The notes under the pieces: model-generated
The model's input: the letters and a program-made list of their open reading frames with translations, nothing else
The model's database searches: none
Told to the model about the DNA's origin: nothing
Made by a program: the position numbers and the translations under genes
NCBI GenBank assembly: GCA_934636245.1
Contig: CAKUAI010000003.1
Location: 120,305-184,304 of the forward strand
From: an uncultured Coriobacteriales bacterium
GTDB taxonomy: Bacteria > Actinomycetota > Coriobacteriia > Coriobacteriales > UMGS124
Reading direction: 5' to 3'
Length of the DNA stretch: 64,000 bases
Shown here: piece after piece, positions 62,475 through 64,000 of the stretch
Layout: each line of letters begins with the position of its first letter
How positions within the stretch are numbered: position 1 is the first letter of the stretch

Positions 62475-63938
62475 TTACCTCACGTTGAAGAAGACCTGCG
62501 AGGGGTCGGTGCTGACGGAGCCGTCGGCTGCGACGCCGCGAACCATAAGCAGGTAGCCGCCGGCCTTCTCGGGCGTGAACTCAAACTTCCAGTTGATCCA
62601 GCGAGAGACGTCGGTGTCGCCCAGCTCGTAGGTCGTCCACGTGGCGCCCTTGTCCATGGAGATCTCGACGGCGGTCACGGGTACCTCGTAAGCGTCGGCA
62701 AAGCCCTGGAACTCAATGGTCTCGCCCAGCGGGAAGATGGTGCCGTTCTTGACGTAGAAGATGGAGGTGTTCGGCTTGTTGAACATCTCGCCGGTCTTGG
62801 GGTTCGTGAAGCCCTGGAAAATGCGAGGAGCGTTGTCCTCATAGGTGAACTTCAGCTCAACAACGCGCTTGGTGTAGTGGCAGCCACCGGCAGGGGCGGT
62901 CCAAAGCTGGACGGGGTAGCCCTGGAGCATGCCGAGGGGCTCGCCGTTGATCTCGGTCACGAGCATCATGCTGTCGAGGTACTCGTAGACGTACTCCATG
63001 GGCAGCGGGTACACGTCCCAGCCGTCATCGGCAACGGAGTGCATGGCGGTGGCGGCGGGGTCGACGCCGGCATCCTCAAGGATGGTGGCCAGCGGGATGC
63101 CCTTGACGACGACGTTGCACACATAGGCGCCGGCGGGCGGGTTGGTCTGGCAGTCCATCTTGATGGTGCGCTCAACCATCTGGTCCTCGTAGTCGGAGAG
63201 CTTGAAGGTGAACGGGTTGGAGGCCGCGTCGCCGTCGACGGTGATCTCCCAGTTCTCATAAGCCTCGACCGACGTGTCGTTGTCGGGGGTCACGCCGCGG
63301 TGGTCGTTGTTCTCCCAGTAATAGAAGACCTCGTCGGTGTCGGTGATGGTGTCCTGCGTGAAGCTGAACGTGGCGCCCGACAGGTCGGAGACGTTGGAGA
63401 CGCCCATGTAGGCCTCGTTGTACTTCACGAGGTCCCACATCTCGAACTCGCCGGTGGCGGGGCTCACATAGTGACACGAGTCGCAGCTACCGCCCAGGGC
63501 GGCGAACTCCGCGCTCGTGTTGTGGATGGCGTGCATGCTGTCCTGGAAGTACAGCGCCTTGGAGTGGCACATGTAGCAGAACTTGATGGTCGCGTCGACG
63601 TTATAGGGGTTCCACAGCTCGGGGTGCGGCATATCCATTTCCTGGGTTACATCCAGGATGGAGGTGTGGCAGCCGCTTTCGGTGCAGCCGCGCTTGTCGC
63701 CCTTGAGCGAAGTGGTGTTCCACAGGAACGGGTCGCTCGGAATGGTCTGGAGCTGCGTGCCGTCCTCGAGCGTCACAACCTCAGGGGAGTGCTCCGCCAT
63801 TGCGACGGCGGCCTTGTCCTTCTGAGCGACCTCCTCAGCCATGCCCGTGTTCGGTGCCAGGCCGGCGGCCATCATTGTGCCAGCAAGCACGCATGCGGCG
63901 CCGCATGCCAGCAACCTTGTGGCAATCCTTCCCTCCAT
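62475..63938 (-). CDS. fusion protein: N-terminal triheme c-type cytochrome (c3-like) + sulfite-oxidase-fold Mo domain + C-terminal Ig-like domain
   Basis: ATG 63938 gives MEGRIATRLLACGAACVLAGTMMAAG (signal/anchor). Heme sites: CTESGCH (CX4CH), CYMCH and CDSCH. The Mo-domain pattern MDCQTNPPAG...VVVKGIPLATILEDAG......SVADDGWDVYPLPMEYV...MLVTEINGEPL...GYPVQLWTAPAGGCHYTKRVVELKF is followed by a beta-rich Ig-like tail. Confidence 0.7.
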   Translation of the reverse strand: MEGRIATRLLACGAACVLAGTMMAAGLAPNTGMAEEVAQKDKAAVAMAEHSPEVVTLEDGTQLQTIPSDPFLWNTTSLKGDKRGCTESGCHTSILDVTQEMDMPHPELWNPYNVDATIKFCYMCHSKALYFQDSMHAIHNTSAEFAALGGSCDSCHYVSPATGEFEMWDLVKYNEAYMGVSNVSDLSGATFSFTQDTITDTDEVFYYWENNDHRGVTPDNDTSVEAYENWEITVDGDAASNPFTFKLSDYEDQMVERTIKMDCQTNPPAGAYVCNVVVKGIPLATILEDAGVDPAATAMHSVADDGWDVYPLPMEYVYEYLDSMMLVTEINGEPLGMLQGYPVQLWTAPAGGCHYTKRVVELKFTYEDNAPRIFQGFTNPKTGEMFNKPNTSIFYVKNGTIFPLGETIEFQGFADAYEVPVTAVEISMDKGATWTTYELGDTDVSRWINWKFEFTPEKAGGYLLMVRGVAADGSVSTDPSQVFFNVR

Positions 63939-64000
63939 GATGTGTCCCCTTTCTTTGTGGTGCACCGTATGCACGCGGATACACCGCCCTCGGGTCGCGC

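Overview
High-GC bacterial chromosome segment. The gene content looks like Coriobacteriia/Eggerthellaceae; this is an inference from many Tat-exported fumarate-reductase-like flavoproteins, each beside a polytopic-membrane LuxR-type or a LysR-type regulator. The window holds 7 intact paralogous FAD reductases, two of which carry an FMN_bind/flavinylation domain at opposite termini. One further copy is interrupted by an in-frame TAG, and three orphan 3-prime relics of such genes are present. Other content: 3 membrane LuxR-type and 4 LysR-type regulators; two Isf-type iron-sulfur flavoproteins, one Tat-exported; a triheme cytochrome c fused to a sulfite-oxidase-fold domain, next to a second SUOX-fold protein and an orphan family-5 SBP; two ECF sigma modules; and housekeeping genes (hslO, tRNA-Arg-ACG, LMW-PTP, DedA, MFS, DUF523). 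Accessory content comprises a 1030-aa PrimPol + SF2 helicase + PLD-like single-gene island and an Abi_2 islet with decayed neighbours. A visibly AT-richer island lies next to the tRNA, carrying two alpha/beta hydrolases, a TetR regulator and a DUF559-like gene flanked by MITEs. There is also an integrase remnant. At least four interspersed repeat families occur: two related ~145-bp MITE-like families, a ~65-nt hairpin / 24-nt box family, and a 210-bp tandem REP-like array. The most striking structural observation is that the junction 'reductase 3-prime end + spacer + MITE' occurs three times and brackets two inserted modules, which looks like a cassette-style growth zone. All calls rest on reading motifs by eye and on the supplied ORF track. 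No database search, HMM scan, folding or GC computation was possible. Repeat and hairpin coordinates are good to a few nt.
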